Source: the human T2T-CHM13v2.0 reference genome, Homo sapiens | Direction: 5' to 3' (one strand) | Assembly (NCBI RefSeq): GCF_009914755.1 | Contig: NC_060926.1 | DNA length: 64,000 nt | In this document: one piece after another, positions 29,401 to 42,887 of the stretch | Numbering within the stretch: the first letter of the stretch is position 1 | How the letters are laid out: every line of letters starts with the position of its first letter | Made by a program: the position numbers and the translations under genes | Notes under the pieces: model-generated | What the model saw: only the letters and a program-made list of their open reading frames with translations | What the model was told of the DNA's origin: nothing | The model's database searches: none

Positions 29401-31345
29401 GTCTGCATGATTCAATATCCTCAACTATTCATCTCAGTCCTTAGTATCTTGTAGAAAGATCACCGTGCTTTCAGATATTTAAAATACCCTTAAGATAAGC
29501 ATGGTATTTGTTTGTCAGTAAAAGTTTGAATTTGGGTCTTGAACATGTGTCAGAACAGGGTATCTCACCTTAATCAGCCACAGAACTAATTTTCAGGCAG
29601 GTACGTGTTAAAGATTAGGGAAGGACAGCAGCTTTAGCTCACTTCCTTTAGCTCACACTAACTGACCTTTCCAGACCTCAACCAATTTTGAAACAGAACT
29701 TCAACTTAAATGGTTTTCTAGTGTAAATAAAAGTGCTTGGGTTTCCAAGAAAAATATGTGAAATTGTTAGAAAATGTGGAAGTTGAAGTGTCTCTAAAAT
29801 GGGCAATGGTAGTATTCTGGAAACTTATTACAGTTGCCAATAACCAGTTTACGAAGTAGGGCAAAAATTTTTCTCTTCTATTTTTTCGTTACCTTGGCCT
29901 TCAAATTCTCAGTTTATTATCTGAGACTAGTATATAGCTTTTCATGACATCTCCTACAGCGAATAGTCTCTCAACCAGTATGAGAGTGCACGCTAGACAC
30001 CTGTCCATGCCCACCTACAACACACAAATACACACACACAAACTTACTTATACACTGCATACAAGAAAAAATCGCTGTGCAGCAATACTGTTCCTGAAAT
30101 GTGAACGTATATGGTAAAGTTGTGGTAACTTAGTGAAGAAAAGGAAGAGTAAACCAGGTATGCTTTGTTGTCTAACACTGTATCTATAGATTTGAGGTAT
30201 ATAGATTTCTAGCCATGGAGAGTTGGGAACTATATGGCATCATACCCACTGTGCTTTTGTGTTTGTTTTTTTCTTTTTTAACATATCTACAGTTGGTAAT
30301 GAACTAAGCACAGTGGTTACCTCTGGAATGAGAGAAATGGAGAAGGAAGATTTCACTATGTTTGTATTGATTTCACAAGTTAACATTTCTACAATTGGAA
30401 ATTGTTTTACAATTGATAGTGTGTTGGTTTAATTGGAAGGTTTTTTTTCTTTCTTGGTGGCACATAAAATAACAGTGATCTTAAGATCTATATGCTTCAG
30501 ATTCTGCAAAATACTCAGTTTTTAAAGCAGTAGCATATGGGTGATTTTTGCTTTCTTATGATCTTAGGTGTTTTTAAAGTTTTTAGATAAAAAAGAAGAA
30601 GGAATAAAAAATAATAAAAGGAAAATATGTGACAAATTGTTGAGAAACAAAATAGAAGCTGATAGTGGAACAATTCATGGCAGAATTAAATATTATAAGG
30701 TGAATTAAATGTATTTAACTTATTAGTATACCTGTCTCGTCTCAAATTAGAATACAAGAGACTGTGAAATCTAAATCACCTTTGAATTGCCTCTGGGATA
30801 CAGCACCTTGTCTGCTAACAACTTAGTAACTTAGTAAACATTGGTTAAATAAATGGATTATGAAGTAAGTTAACTTTTAAATATACTGTGCAAAATCATT
30901 TAGACCATGTTTTCTATTTCTCACATTCCTTAAGCATTTCTTCAAACTCTGCCTGCTTGACCTAAGGAAACCAAACCTATGGCAATCTAAAAAAAAACAG
31001 TTCAAAATAATAGGACCAAAATGGAAATTGTTTGGTTTGACACTATATTTTCTTGATAATAATCTTGTATTGTACTGACATTATCTTTGATATCTCTGAT
31101 TAAAAAGAGCTTATTACAGTCAGCCTAACCAAGCATTTAGGGTGAGGGTTCTTCTCTGTGTTCACATGGCACTGAACATTCTCTGACAAGATCTCCCAAC
31201 GACTTGTCTGTTTGACCTTTTTGAAAAGGGAAAAGGTTTCATTCATCTTTGTAACTGAGATGCTTAGTACAATGCCTAGCAATGAGTGTTCTGTAAATGT
31301 TGAGTAAATCACATGACTGAATGACACAGTTTCACAATGTAGTAT

Positions 31346-32224
31346 CAGTTGACCCTGGAACAACACAGGTTTGAACTGCCTCGGTGCACTTATGCAAATT
31401 TATTATAAAAATTTAAAATTTAGCAAAACATACACATGCAGGCACTTACAGACCATACATGGTGCCATTCCCAATGGAGAGAAATGGAAACAAATGTAAA
31501 GATACAGTTTTAAATAATAACTACCTAAAGTTAACTCTAGAACACCCTGTACTACTGTAATAATTTCATAGCCACTTCCTGTTGCTATTGTGGTGAGCTC
31601 AAGTGTTGTGAGTTTCCACTTAAAACACCATGTGACACTAACCATCTCCCCGTGAGCAGTTCATCTCTCCGGTAAGTTGCAGATCCCAATAAAAAGTGAT
31701 GTCTCCCGGTTCCAGTGTATTTTTCATTGTGCTTTCTGCAATATCGTAAACCTTAAATAACACCGTTGGACCCATACGAAGTGCCACTAGTGATGCCAAA
31801 AGTTCTCCCAGGAAGCAGAGAAAAGTCTTAACATTATGAGAAAAAAGTTGAATTGCTTGATATGTACCATAGATGGAGGCCTGCAGCTGTGGTTGCCTGC
31901 CATTTCAGACAGATGATTCATCTTGTACACAGACAATGTGAATTTGTGGTATTGATAAATACAGTACAGTACAGTGAAGGTATTTTCTCTTTCGTATTAT
32001 TTTCTTAATAACATTTTCTTTTCTCTAGCTTATGGTACAACTACAGTATGTAGGACATATAACATACAAAATATGTGCTAATCGACTGTTTACGTTATTG
32101 GTAACGCTTCCAACCAACAGTAGGCTATTAGTAGTTAAGTTCTGGGGTAGTCAAAAGTTAAGTGTGGAATTTTCAACTGTATGGGGTCAGCACCCCTAAC
32201 CCCTGAGTATTGAAGGCTCAACCA
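31346..32224 (+). mobile_element. Tigger2-family (TcMar) non-autonomous DNA transposon
   Basis: Left TIR cagttgaccctggaacaacac and degenerate right TIR gtattgaaggctcaacca followed by TA. Internal transposase N-terminal remnant (ccaggaagcagagaaaagtc...aaaaagttgaattgcttgatatgtac). Confidence 0.88.
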
Positions 32225-32306
32225 TACTTGATATTAGCAGTGCTTATTGGTAGCAGACCACAAAGATCTCTCTTAGGAACGTAGCCATACAGCTATGTTA
32301 AGCAGG

Positions 32307-32749
32307 TGTGGCAAGCACAATAATGGCCCCTCAAACATATCCCTATCTTAATCCCCAGAATTTGAGAATATGTTACTTTATCTGGTGAGAGGGATGTTTG
32401 CAGATGGATTAAATTATAACTCTTGAAAGATTACTGTGGATTATCCAGGTTGGTCCAATATGATCACAAAGGTCCTGGAAAGAGGGAGGCAACAGTATCA
32501 GAGCCGAGAAAGGAGATGTGGTGACAGAAGCAGGGGTAGGAGTGACACAGGGCCGTAAACCAAGGAATGCAGGCTGCCTGTAGGAGCTGGAAAAAGCACA
32601 GAAAGGGATTCTTCTCTAAAACTTCCAGATGGAACACAGCCCTACTGATACACTTTAGACATCTCCAGAACTGTAGGATAATAAATTTGTGTCTTTTAAG
32701 CTACTAAATTTGTAGCAATGTGTGACAGCAGCAATTGGAAACTAATATA
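32307..32749 (+). mobile_element. MLT1C/D solo LTR
   Basis: tgtggcaagcacaataatggcccc...taatccccagaa...tttaagctactaaatttgtagcaatgtgtgacagcagcaattggaaactaatata. Confidence 0.85.
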
Positions 32750-32769
32750 TCAGGCAAATCGTTGGAGAT

Positions 32770-33220
32770 AATTTGGGGCTTCAAATGGCAGGAAACTCAA
32801 ACTGGTTTAAATAATAGGATAGCAAGAAGATGCATTGGCTTAGATATTAGGATGTCTAACATGGGGCAGAATGAGTTGCTCCATTGGCTCAATGATATCA
32901 TCAGTGATGCCACTTAATTTCTGTCTCTATCTCTGCCCTGTATTTCTGTTTCACTGATGTTATCCTGAAACTGGTTCCCTTATAAGTTTGGGAAGGCTGC
33001 CAGTAGCAATTGGAGTTAAATTTGTCCTTGTTCACTTTTATCAGGAAAGAGCCCACCTTCTCATAATTATCTACCTTGATAGACTTGCACTAATCAGGAC
33101 CCATCCCTGGAGCTCCCCCTAAGGGCTACCTGTCACAGGGCCCATGCCTGAACAAAATCAGGGTCCTATTAGGAAAAGGAGAGAGGGGGTATATGCCAGA
33201 CAGAATATTTGCCATGCACC
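32770..33220 (-). mobile_element. Very old MLT1 (K/L-class)-like LTR remnant
   Basis: caaatggcaggaaactcaaactggtttaaataa; ctgaacaaaatcagggtcctattaggaaaagga. Confidence 0.45.
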
Positions 33221-33520
33221 ACAAAGAATGTCACAGAATCCTGTGCCAAGAATGTGTAGGGATAAATAAAAGTGGTTAAACAAATTGCAGGGACACTGTG
33301 CCCTCAGTCACAGGCCTAGGAAACAAGTTCCAGCTTTTACTTGGCAATGTTTCCCCTTGTTCTATAAGGACAGTTGTATAATGGAAGGAGCAGCAGCAGT
33401 TAGTAAAACCTCATGACTCGTTCTGCCAGGCTTAGACTGGCAGTTAGACTGGACTTTCTTCCACCTGGGGAATGGCAACGTGCCCAGCACCTTGGCTCAT
33501 CATATCACCGTCTGGCTTAC

Positions 33521-33581
33521 CTGCTGCAGGTCACTGAACTCTGGAGTAGATTGACATCAGATAGCCTCTTGTGAATCATCC
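33521..33581 (-). other. Candidate 61-nt exon (probably non-coding)
   Basis: Minus strand: catcattttag|GGATG...GCAGCAG|gtaagc. Strong donor, moderate acceptor. No transcript evidence. Confidence 0.25.
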
Positions 33582-36500
33582 CTAAAATGATGGGTTTCCT
33601 TTGAAAACTGCTAACTCTTCATACATTTCTACATATACTTTACTGCATTCTTCTGTGATTGAAATTTGCTTCTTAATATGTTTTATAAATATCCAACATG
33701 ACAGTTCAGAGGAATTTCCTACCCAACCAACTCTGTAGTCAAAGTAACAGGAAGAAAAAGAGACAGATGGGAAATTATTTCATTTAATCTCCAACTTCCA
33801 ATGAATTATTTTCTCTAATATTACAGAAGAGGAAATTTGAGAACTAAGGAACTAAGCTGCAAAGCCTATAATGTCAGAGCTGTTATTAGCCTTAGGGAAA
33901 TATGATTCCCAAGCCCATGCTCTTCCTTTTGTATTCCTTGGAGTCACTCCAAGAGTTGGATATATGTATAAAGTTGATCTACAAGAAATGTCTCCTTCTA
34001 ATACTCTCCATGTGACTTAAGGCTTATTCCAGAACTGGTCCTCGTGTCCTACAGGGAGGCTAAGAAGTCTGAAGACATCGGACATTCTCCAAATTTATGT
34101 AAATTAGAGATAGAGGTGAGGAAAGATCCCTCTAGACTAGTTCCAGAAGAAAGCAAGAGTAGATCAAGTTGCTTAATGATCTCCTTAGGCCTGTTCTTTC
34201 CTTTAATTGTAAGGGAAATCTAAGCACAGTCACATTGATCATCAGAATTGATTAGGGTAATTTGGCTTGCCAGGTGGGCATACTAACCATGGCCCTAAGC
34301 ACTTGCAGAGGACTAACAAACACCAAAGAGAATTCTTCCTCTTCATTATCTTTCTGTTTCTGGGAATCCTTTGAGAAACAACACACAAATCACCCCAACT
34401 CGTGTATATAGCTCAGGATAGCACTGGTCTCCAGGAAACAGCTCCAGACTTAATGGACATAAATAAGCAAGGCTCTAAGGTTCATGAGGGCACACTGCAT
34501 TGTATACACACTGCATTCTTAGTTCCAGACATAGTGCCTGACCCCTGGCAAATCACTAGTGTTATATGAAGGAGGTAAGAGCAGGATGGTGAGATGGTGG
34601 TGAAGTGCACTAGATTTATGTCATTATTCAAGAAAAATTACAGAAAACTTTTCCTTAAACAAGGTAGACCAAACCTATAGTAATGGCCTTTAAAACAGTG
34701 CAAATTTCACTATTGTTGTTCACGGGGTAGAAACTAGAGGCCTTTTTACCCAATAAGATCATACGAATTTTCAGGTTTTGCAAAATGTTTGTTAGCATTT
34801 GAAAAGCATTTCCAGTTACTGGCAATCTTCAAGAAAATGCCTAAAACAATTTTCAGAAATGCTTCTATTGAACTCTACTGAAATTACATTTTATGTAGTC
34901 CTGTGTGATTGCTTCTGCCTTATTGTTCAAGAACTGTTAATAATGAGTGAGAGTTTTAATATGCAGAAAATGAGCAACAGAATGGGACCCAAAGTTCTTT
35001 TATTTTATTTTTTAATAAAAATTTAAAGACCTTGTTAGAGTCAGTTTCCAGGAATAATTTACTGGCATGTATGTTGTTTAATTTATTTCTAATTTAAAGA
35101 CAAATTAATTAACACATAAAGAACTTAAAACAGAGCATATCTTCAAAATGAGATGGCTCAGAAGCATTCAGGATTCACAAAACGTTTTTTCACGGCAGTT
35201 GTGAATTTAAATCACAGAATAGAAATGATAAGCACCACAGCATGTCGGGCAGCAGCAGTATGCTGAACATGGACACCACTGTTTGCATCACTGTTTCCAG
35301 TGGACATTTTCCACGATGTGAAGTCAATTATTGCTTCCACTTCTACATTAGTGTAATTGGTTTTTGCTCTCCAGAGGAGAATTTATTAAGGCAATTTCAG
35401 TAAATAAGGGAAAGGGGGTCCAATTTGCTACTGAATCCATTGGGTATGGATAATCACTTCGATTTTCCTCCAGATCCTAGGGGAATTCTTGGTCCTGCTG
35501 CATGTATTAAAACCCTTTTTCCTCTTTGCAAGGGAAAGCAGAATGCTACCTTTTTTTCCCCAGGAAAGTTGGTATGCTTGATGAAGACGATTCTACGAAG
35601 CAGTACCCCTGAAAGTATTGATTAGCATGATTTTAAAGAATACTCAGGGCTTGTACAGAGAACAGTTCAAAGGAATGTACAAAGCATGCGCCTTCTCTAA
35701 ACATTTTTAAATGCTTAGTTCTTACGAAGAAAACACATGCTAAAGCTAAATTTTCTACCGTTTCTGCATCAAATCAGATCCTTGATCAAATCAAGAGGTG
35801 CTTTTCTTTCATTAAAGTAACTCTAAGTATGAAAGAGCAATGATACCTTTCCATGTGGGCAAGTTCTTTCTGCATAGAGCATAAGACATAATGAGATATA
35901 ATTCATAAAGATGTTGCCTATTTTCAGCCAACATTTTTCATTTACAGTAAAATATTTTTGGAATGCCCAGGAGATTTCATTATTTGAATAGGAGGCTGGA
36001 ACATCACATTTACAGCATGTTTGGCAAAGTTTGGAATATAATGTAGAAATCAGAATTATCTGCAAAATTGTTGATGCATTCTTCACAAATTCTGATGCTG
36101 AGTGCAGCTGGATTCTATGGGTGAAGCTCAGAGACTCCAGGTGAAGAGCAACATCACTATCTGTGCCATGTCCAGGGAGACATTGGTGACTACAGTTTTT
36201 CTGGCCCTGGAGACCCCAATTCAAAGTAGTAGTCAATCTGTTACTTAATCCAATCCAAACAAAGCAAAGCTAAAGAAAACAAAAACACTCTATTAGATGT
36301 CTCTGCAAATACACCAAGGGCTAGAACACCATTTAATTCAGGTGAGGACAAGCAGTTCTGCCCCTATTATCTGGAGTGTTGCTTTAACCCTCAGCTTTGC
36401 TTTGAAAACCAGGCCTCGCTTTGCATCCTCAGTGCAATATTAATTCAGAACTGACTTGGATTTGTTCCTTGGGCAAAAGGTTAAGTGATCCATAAATTTA

Positions 36501-37780
36501 TTTCCCTGTAGATTTGGAAAAAGAAAAGTAAATATCACGGTGATTTGTTAGCCAAGTTTTGCAGCAACAGAATCATTGAATACCCCTCCAGTAACCAGAG
36601 TCAATGCTGTGTGATGAATAGAAAATAATTAAAATATTTATGGCTCACCCACGTGAATGATGCCAATGACCAGAAAGATCAAATCCTCACAGAAATCTGA
36701 TTAATGAGAAATGAGTCTAACCTGCTTCATGTTTGACTAAGAACTAAATTCCATCACAAATGTGCAAAGAAGCATAATTCATCCCTGCATAATGGCTTTT
36801 TGTTAACATAACTTCACTGTGAAGAAATGCACAGTATCTCTAAACTACAACATATTTGTTGCAAAATAGAACCTACATTTTTCAAAACCTGACCTTAGAT
36901 TTTGTGGGCCCCTATCCAGTGACTCAACATTAGTGTAATAAGTACGTTTATAACTCATGGCAGCTGGTGCCATGTGCAGCAGATCTTGTTTCTGCAGGTA
37001 ATAGCCTTCAGACTTAAGCTCTTTCACGGAGGAGGGTGTGCTTGAAAAGATAATAGTGGTGGAGAGATTCTTAGAGATGGCACCATCCTCTCTCAGCAAC
37101 AATAGCTCAGTTATTGAGTATCCATCAAGTATATGACATTAGTCTATGCTCACTGAAAGTTTCCATATTGAATCCTAGTCTCCTTTTTCTAAATGAAGAG
37201 CATTGCTTTCATGTCCCTTTGTGTCTCCAAATAATTGTTCAATATGCAGCCAGACAATAGGCTTTTTCTTTTGAGAGTGATGGAAAGATATGCCAGGTAC
37301 AGAGAGCATCATGGAGTAGAAGGAGCTTCATGAGATCCGCTTGTTTGGGCTTCTGCCTCTCTAAGCATGACTGTTGCTGAAGCGTTTCATAAAGGAGCTC
37401 TGAATGTCACACAACTGAGGCCATGCCTATCCCCATGCCTGTACCTTTGCTCATGAAGCCCCCACCCTACTTTCATCCCCCTGCCTCACTCTCCTGTCCC
37501 ACAAAAGACAACTCCATTCATCTGAAAGCTGCTATCCTCTTAAAACATACTATGCTTGTCCCTGAGAATAGAGGTGAAAAAACACATTTCAACCTTCACT
37601 GAACTTATAATCCAATAGGGAAGATAGGCATTATGTTAAGATTATCACAAATAATTAAGTGATTACATATTGCATGGCACTGGAAAGAGGTTCTGATACT
37701 ATGAAGGCATATAATAAGGGGTCCTAAGCATAGTCTAAGAAATCAAAAGAGGCCCCCAAAAGATTTACTTAGACTACACT

Positions 37781-38082
<302 letters not shown>

Positions 38083-39619
38083 GACATATTTAGACTAGAA
38101 GTTGAAAGAAATGTATTTAATGAGGATAACAAGGTGTTTAGAGGAAAGACCATTCCGGCCAGACAGAATCTAACTTGTTAAGGCTGAGAGGTGGGAGTTG
38201 GGTGAGGGCAAGTGTTGTGAAAAGTATATGGGAGAGAGATTATGTAAACCACAAGCAAAATGGGAAGTCATCAAAAGACAAGTGATGACATGATCAAATT
38301 TAGATTTCTTAAAACTCATTCTGGCTATTGTATACATTATTGTTCAGAAAAAGATAAGTTTCTAGACCAGAGCAGAGGCTGTTGCAACAATTCATGGACA
38401 TGGCAAACCTTCTTTAAATCTCTGTTGATAAAACAACTTTGCCCATCAGCCTGTTATCACTGACATATTACTTTTTTACTCCAGGTGATTAATATATATT
38501 TAAGACACTGGACCCAGAACGCTTATGATAGCATTGTTATTTTGAATATGAGCTACTAAAGTGTCCAAGACCATCTCAGAATATTTCAATTTAAAACCAA
38601 ATCTGTTTTTTAATGAATATACCTATTAAAACACTTAACATAAAGTACACTTCCCCTTAATCTTGGCCACTGAAGATATTGGAGTTGTCTGAAAGGACTT
38701 GCTATTCATGAAGGCATGACAATGCCTATCTGCACTGTTTGTTATAATGCTTTTTCCCCAATCATTTTTGTTTTATAAGTGGAATTTTCCTTTCCTACTT
38801 AAATACTGTTGGTACTTATTAGCACCCATTTTTCCCTAGAGATGCTACAGATAATCCTGTGAAACATGAGGTGAAGAAAGTTAAATATAACAGTTAATAT
38901 GAATGTACTACCAATAATACCTATGTCTCCAGTGTGACATTTTACTCAGGAAACTGTGTTGGGTTTCAGAGTAGTGCCATATTTCATACAAGGGAGGAAG
39001 GTCTGACAAATTTTCCTCTCCACAACCAGTATCTCTGCTTTCTTCCTCCCTATCCCATGAATAATGTATAAGAATTTCAAGCATCTTGGATGTCCTCCTG
39101 GATAAACAATCTGTATCCTTCACCAAGCAATGGGTATGTACTTACAAGCCAGTGGCAGAACATGTTTTCCAGGCAGCAAAACTCTTTTTCATTTCCCTAA
39201 TTTCTGCAATAGGTCATCAAACATGCCATCTGCTGAGCTGTTTTCCAAAGCATATGGCTGCTGCTTCAAGTGGCAATGTAGAAGAATAACTAAAAGAAGT
39301 CATATGTAGGAGAGAGTAACTAAAGCACATACTATTGAGTCACTCGTCTCCATGTCCTTAATTCTATCCCTGAGTCAAGTTGAATTCCTAAAGTCCTCAT
39401 ACTTGAAACACATTAGATTTCTCCTTTCCATATTCACTGTCAATGAGATCCATTTTAACATTATATTTTCACCATTGACAACCAGAGACAACCATAGAAA
39501 ACCCATGGTATGTTTACTATCAAATGGTATTGAAAATGTGCTTAGTCCTGTCATAACACTAATAGTCATTAGATAGGAAGTGAGCATGATGTGCTACGCA
39601 CAGCTTTCATTGTTCCAGA

Positions 39620-39970
39620 CAAGCAGCATAGCTAGTAGTTCAGTACACAGTTCAGCCAAGACACCTGGGTACGGGTTCTGAATCTGTCACTCAATAGTTG
39701 TATGCTCTTGAGAGTTAACTTCTTAGTGCCTCATTTGTAAAATGGGGTGAAAGATAACAGTCCCTACCTTTGGGATTAGTGTGAAGATTAAATGACTTGA
39801 TATATATAAAGCACCTAGATCACTTCCCAGCACACGGTCAACATTATGTAAATCTTATATATCAGTATCTCATTTAAACCACATGCAATCTCTATTTGAT
39901 ATATGAAGAATCTGAGTCACAGAGGGCTAAATAACTACCACCAAGGCATTCTGACTCTAGAGCCTATGAT
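39620..39970. mobile_element. MIR fragments
   Basis: cagacaag...ggttctgaatctgtcactcaatagttgt...gcctcatttgtaaaatgggg...gtgaagattaaatga; an opposite-strand MIR piece follows. Confidence 0.7.
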
Positions 39971-39986
39971 CTTAACGAGTTCTTTA

Positions 39987-40418
<432 letters not shown>

Positions 40419-40581
40419 TCAACAATAAAGTCATTGTATTGAATTTGCTGGTTTCCATTTGCTTTCACATGGTCTCTTTTTTGGGATCTTGATTTTCTAT
40501 TAATATTCCAATTTGGCTCTCACATATTATCTGCCTTTTATAATAACCACCTCATAAAACGACTTAAAAAGACAAAAGTAG

Positions 40582-40905
40582 GGCTGGGTGCGGTGGCTCA
40601 TGCCTGCAATCCTAGCACTTCGGGAGGCTGAGGCAGGCTGATCACTTGAGCCCAGAAGTTTGAGACCAGCCTGGGCAATAGGGTGAAACCCCATATCTAC
40701 AAAAAATACAAAACTTAGCCGGGCATGGTGGCATTCGCCTGTAATCCCAGCTACTTGTCTACTTGGGAGGCTGAGGTGGTGGGATGGCTTTAGCTCGGGA
40801 GGCAGAAGTGGCAGTGAGGTGATGTCACAGTGAGCCAAGATCACACCACTGTACTCCAGCCTGGGCAAAAGAGCCAGATCCTGTCTCAAGAGAAAAAAGA
40901 AAAAA
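40582..40905 (+). mobile_element. AluJ with small internal duplications
   Basis: J diagnostic cacttgagcccagaagtttgagaccagcctgggcaa. Internal repeats ctacttgtctacttggg and cagtgaggtgatgtcacagtgagc. TSD aaagacaaaa. Confidence 0.9.
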
Positions 40906-41068
40906 GCAAAGACAAAATTTATGAACATTGTTTTTTAAGAAACATTTTTCTCTGTGGAGTCAGCTAAATATGGAAATATGGAAACAAAGTGTATCAAATA
41001 GATAAATGTTGTTCTAACAAGGACCACTGAAGAATGAAAATGAGAACACTGTATAAGACTATGAAACA

Positions 41069-41375
41069 GGCCAGGCAATGTGGTACATGCCTGTAATCCC
41101 AGTACTTTGGGAGGCTGCGGCAGATAGAGCACTTGAGCTCAGTAATTAAAGACCAGCCTGGGCAACATGGAGAAACCCCATCCCTACAAAAAATAAAAAA
41201 GTTTTAGCCTGGCATGGTTGCACACATCTATAGTCCCAGCTACTCAGGAGGCTGAAGTGGGAGGATCACTTGAGCCCAGGAGGCCGAGGCTGCAGTGAGC
41301 CAAGATTGTGCCATTGCATTCCAGCCTTGGCAACAGAGTGAGACCCTTGTCTCAAAAAAAGAGAAAAAAAAAAAA
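41069..41375 (+). mobile_element. AluJ
   Basis: gggaggatcacttgagcccaggaggccgaggctgcagtgagc; TSD actatgaaa(c/t)ag. Confidence 0.9.
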
Positions 41376-42065
41376 ACAACTATGAAATAGGGAGAACTAC
41401 TTTGCTTTTGACAGTTGCGTAACTTTTCTATCTCAGCTTCTAACAGTCATATACAGGCACACTGCACTCCAAACCCAATTAATTTAACTTCTCCAAGTCA
41501 AATTTCTTGACACATTATCTTTTTACCTGGAGCATTTTTACTACTTCCTTCTACCCAGATTGTTTTCTGTTCAGTCTTTTTCCCTTCAACTTCCTTTTAT
41601 ATTTTAAGATTTAGCTCAAAGGTCATCTCCTCTGTGAAGTAAGCATTGTCTGACACCTTAGCCATTTGATGTCTCTCCCTCTTTTGTGTTCTTAAGATGC
41701 CATATATATAATATTGGTAAGGCATTCTATTGATTTATTTTTTATTCTTTTAACAAATATTCATTGAATTTCTGCTATCTAATACTCTATATTAAAGTAG
41801 AATTATCATATATATGTTATTTCCACTTTTAAAAATAGGGCGATGTTTGATCCATCAGGAACCTGAAACAGAGCAGCATCTCAGTATATACCTGTTGAGG
41901 GAAAGAACTGACCAAATAAGATAATTTTATGATTTATAGTCACATTCTAATTTTTAACCAAAGGTGATATTATTCCAATTGGACTTTTACTTTCCACCAC
42001 ATTCTAAATACCTTTTGGTGCTTTCAAAAAATAAAATCTACCCTTAGAAATATTCAAAAGTGTGG

Positions 42066-42436
42066 TATATGTCCATCCTCACGCTGCTAATAAAGACACA
42101 CCAGAGACTGGGTAATTTATGAAGGAAAGAGGTTTAATTCACTCACAGTTCAGCATGGCTGGGGAGGCCTCAGGAAACTTACAATCATGGTAGAAGGGGA
42201 AGCAAACACATCCTTCTTCACAGGGCAGCAGAAAGGAGAATGAGTGCCCAGTGAAGGGGGAAGCCCCTTATAAAACATCGGCTCTCATGAGAACTAACTC
42301 ACTGTCAGGAGAACAGGATGGGGGAGCCACCCTCATGATTCAGTGATCTTCACCTGGTCTCTCCCACAGCACGTGTGGATTATGAGAACTACAATTCAAG
42401 ATGAGATTTGGGTGGGGACACAGCCAAACCATATCA
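42066..42436 (-). mobile_element. THE1C/D solo LTR
   Basis: gagactgggtaatttatgaaggaaagaggtttaatt...ctacaattcaagatgagatttgggtggggacacagccaaaccatatca. Perfect 5-bp TSD TGTGG (42061-42065, 42437-42441). Confidence 0.92.
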
Positions 42437-42709
42437 TGTGGTTATACCATAAGTTTTACATTTCTCTCCAAGTGATGAAAAAAATACCTACTATTGCTAT
42501 ATTTTTAATATATATTTTAATCATAAAATGCTAAAATTATCCTAGTACATATTTTTTAATGTATTTGATACATTTTTCCTGTTGGAGAGATTCACATTTT
42601 TGGAAATGCTAGAACAAAAAGAATGCACATATTCCAGATCTACTGACCTGGAAAAATATTAACAAATATTTTTATATTTTATATTTTATTAACAAATAAC
42701 AAGCTCACA

Positions 42710-42887
42710 AATAGATACAGGTTTGGTAGAGCCTGGCACATAAAATAGCAGGGTCCCTATTTAAGAAAAAAAAATTATTAATAGAAAATTGCTAGGTCCT
42801 CTCCCTCCTAAGGCCTTGGAAGGGCCTATACAAGTGAGGGGCCCTAAAGTACATGGTTCATTAATGTCATGGTATACCTGCCTGTGT
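42710..42887. mobile_element. MER96B-like hAT relic
   Basis: ggccttggaagggcctatacaagtgaggggccctaaag...ttcattaatgtcatggtatacctgcctgtg terminus. Confidence 0.55.

Noticed and set aside
36611-36700. C/D-box snoRNA-like layout (GTGATGA ... CTGA, 90 nt)
   Set aside because: No terminal stem, poor C'/D' boxes, no recognisable rRNA/snRNA antisense element and no established host gene.
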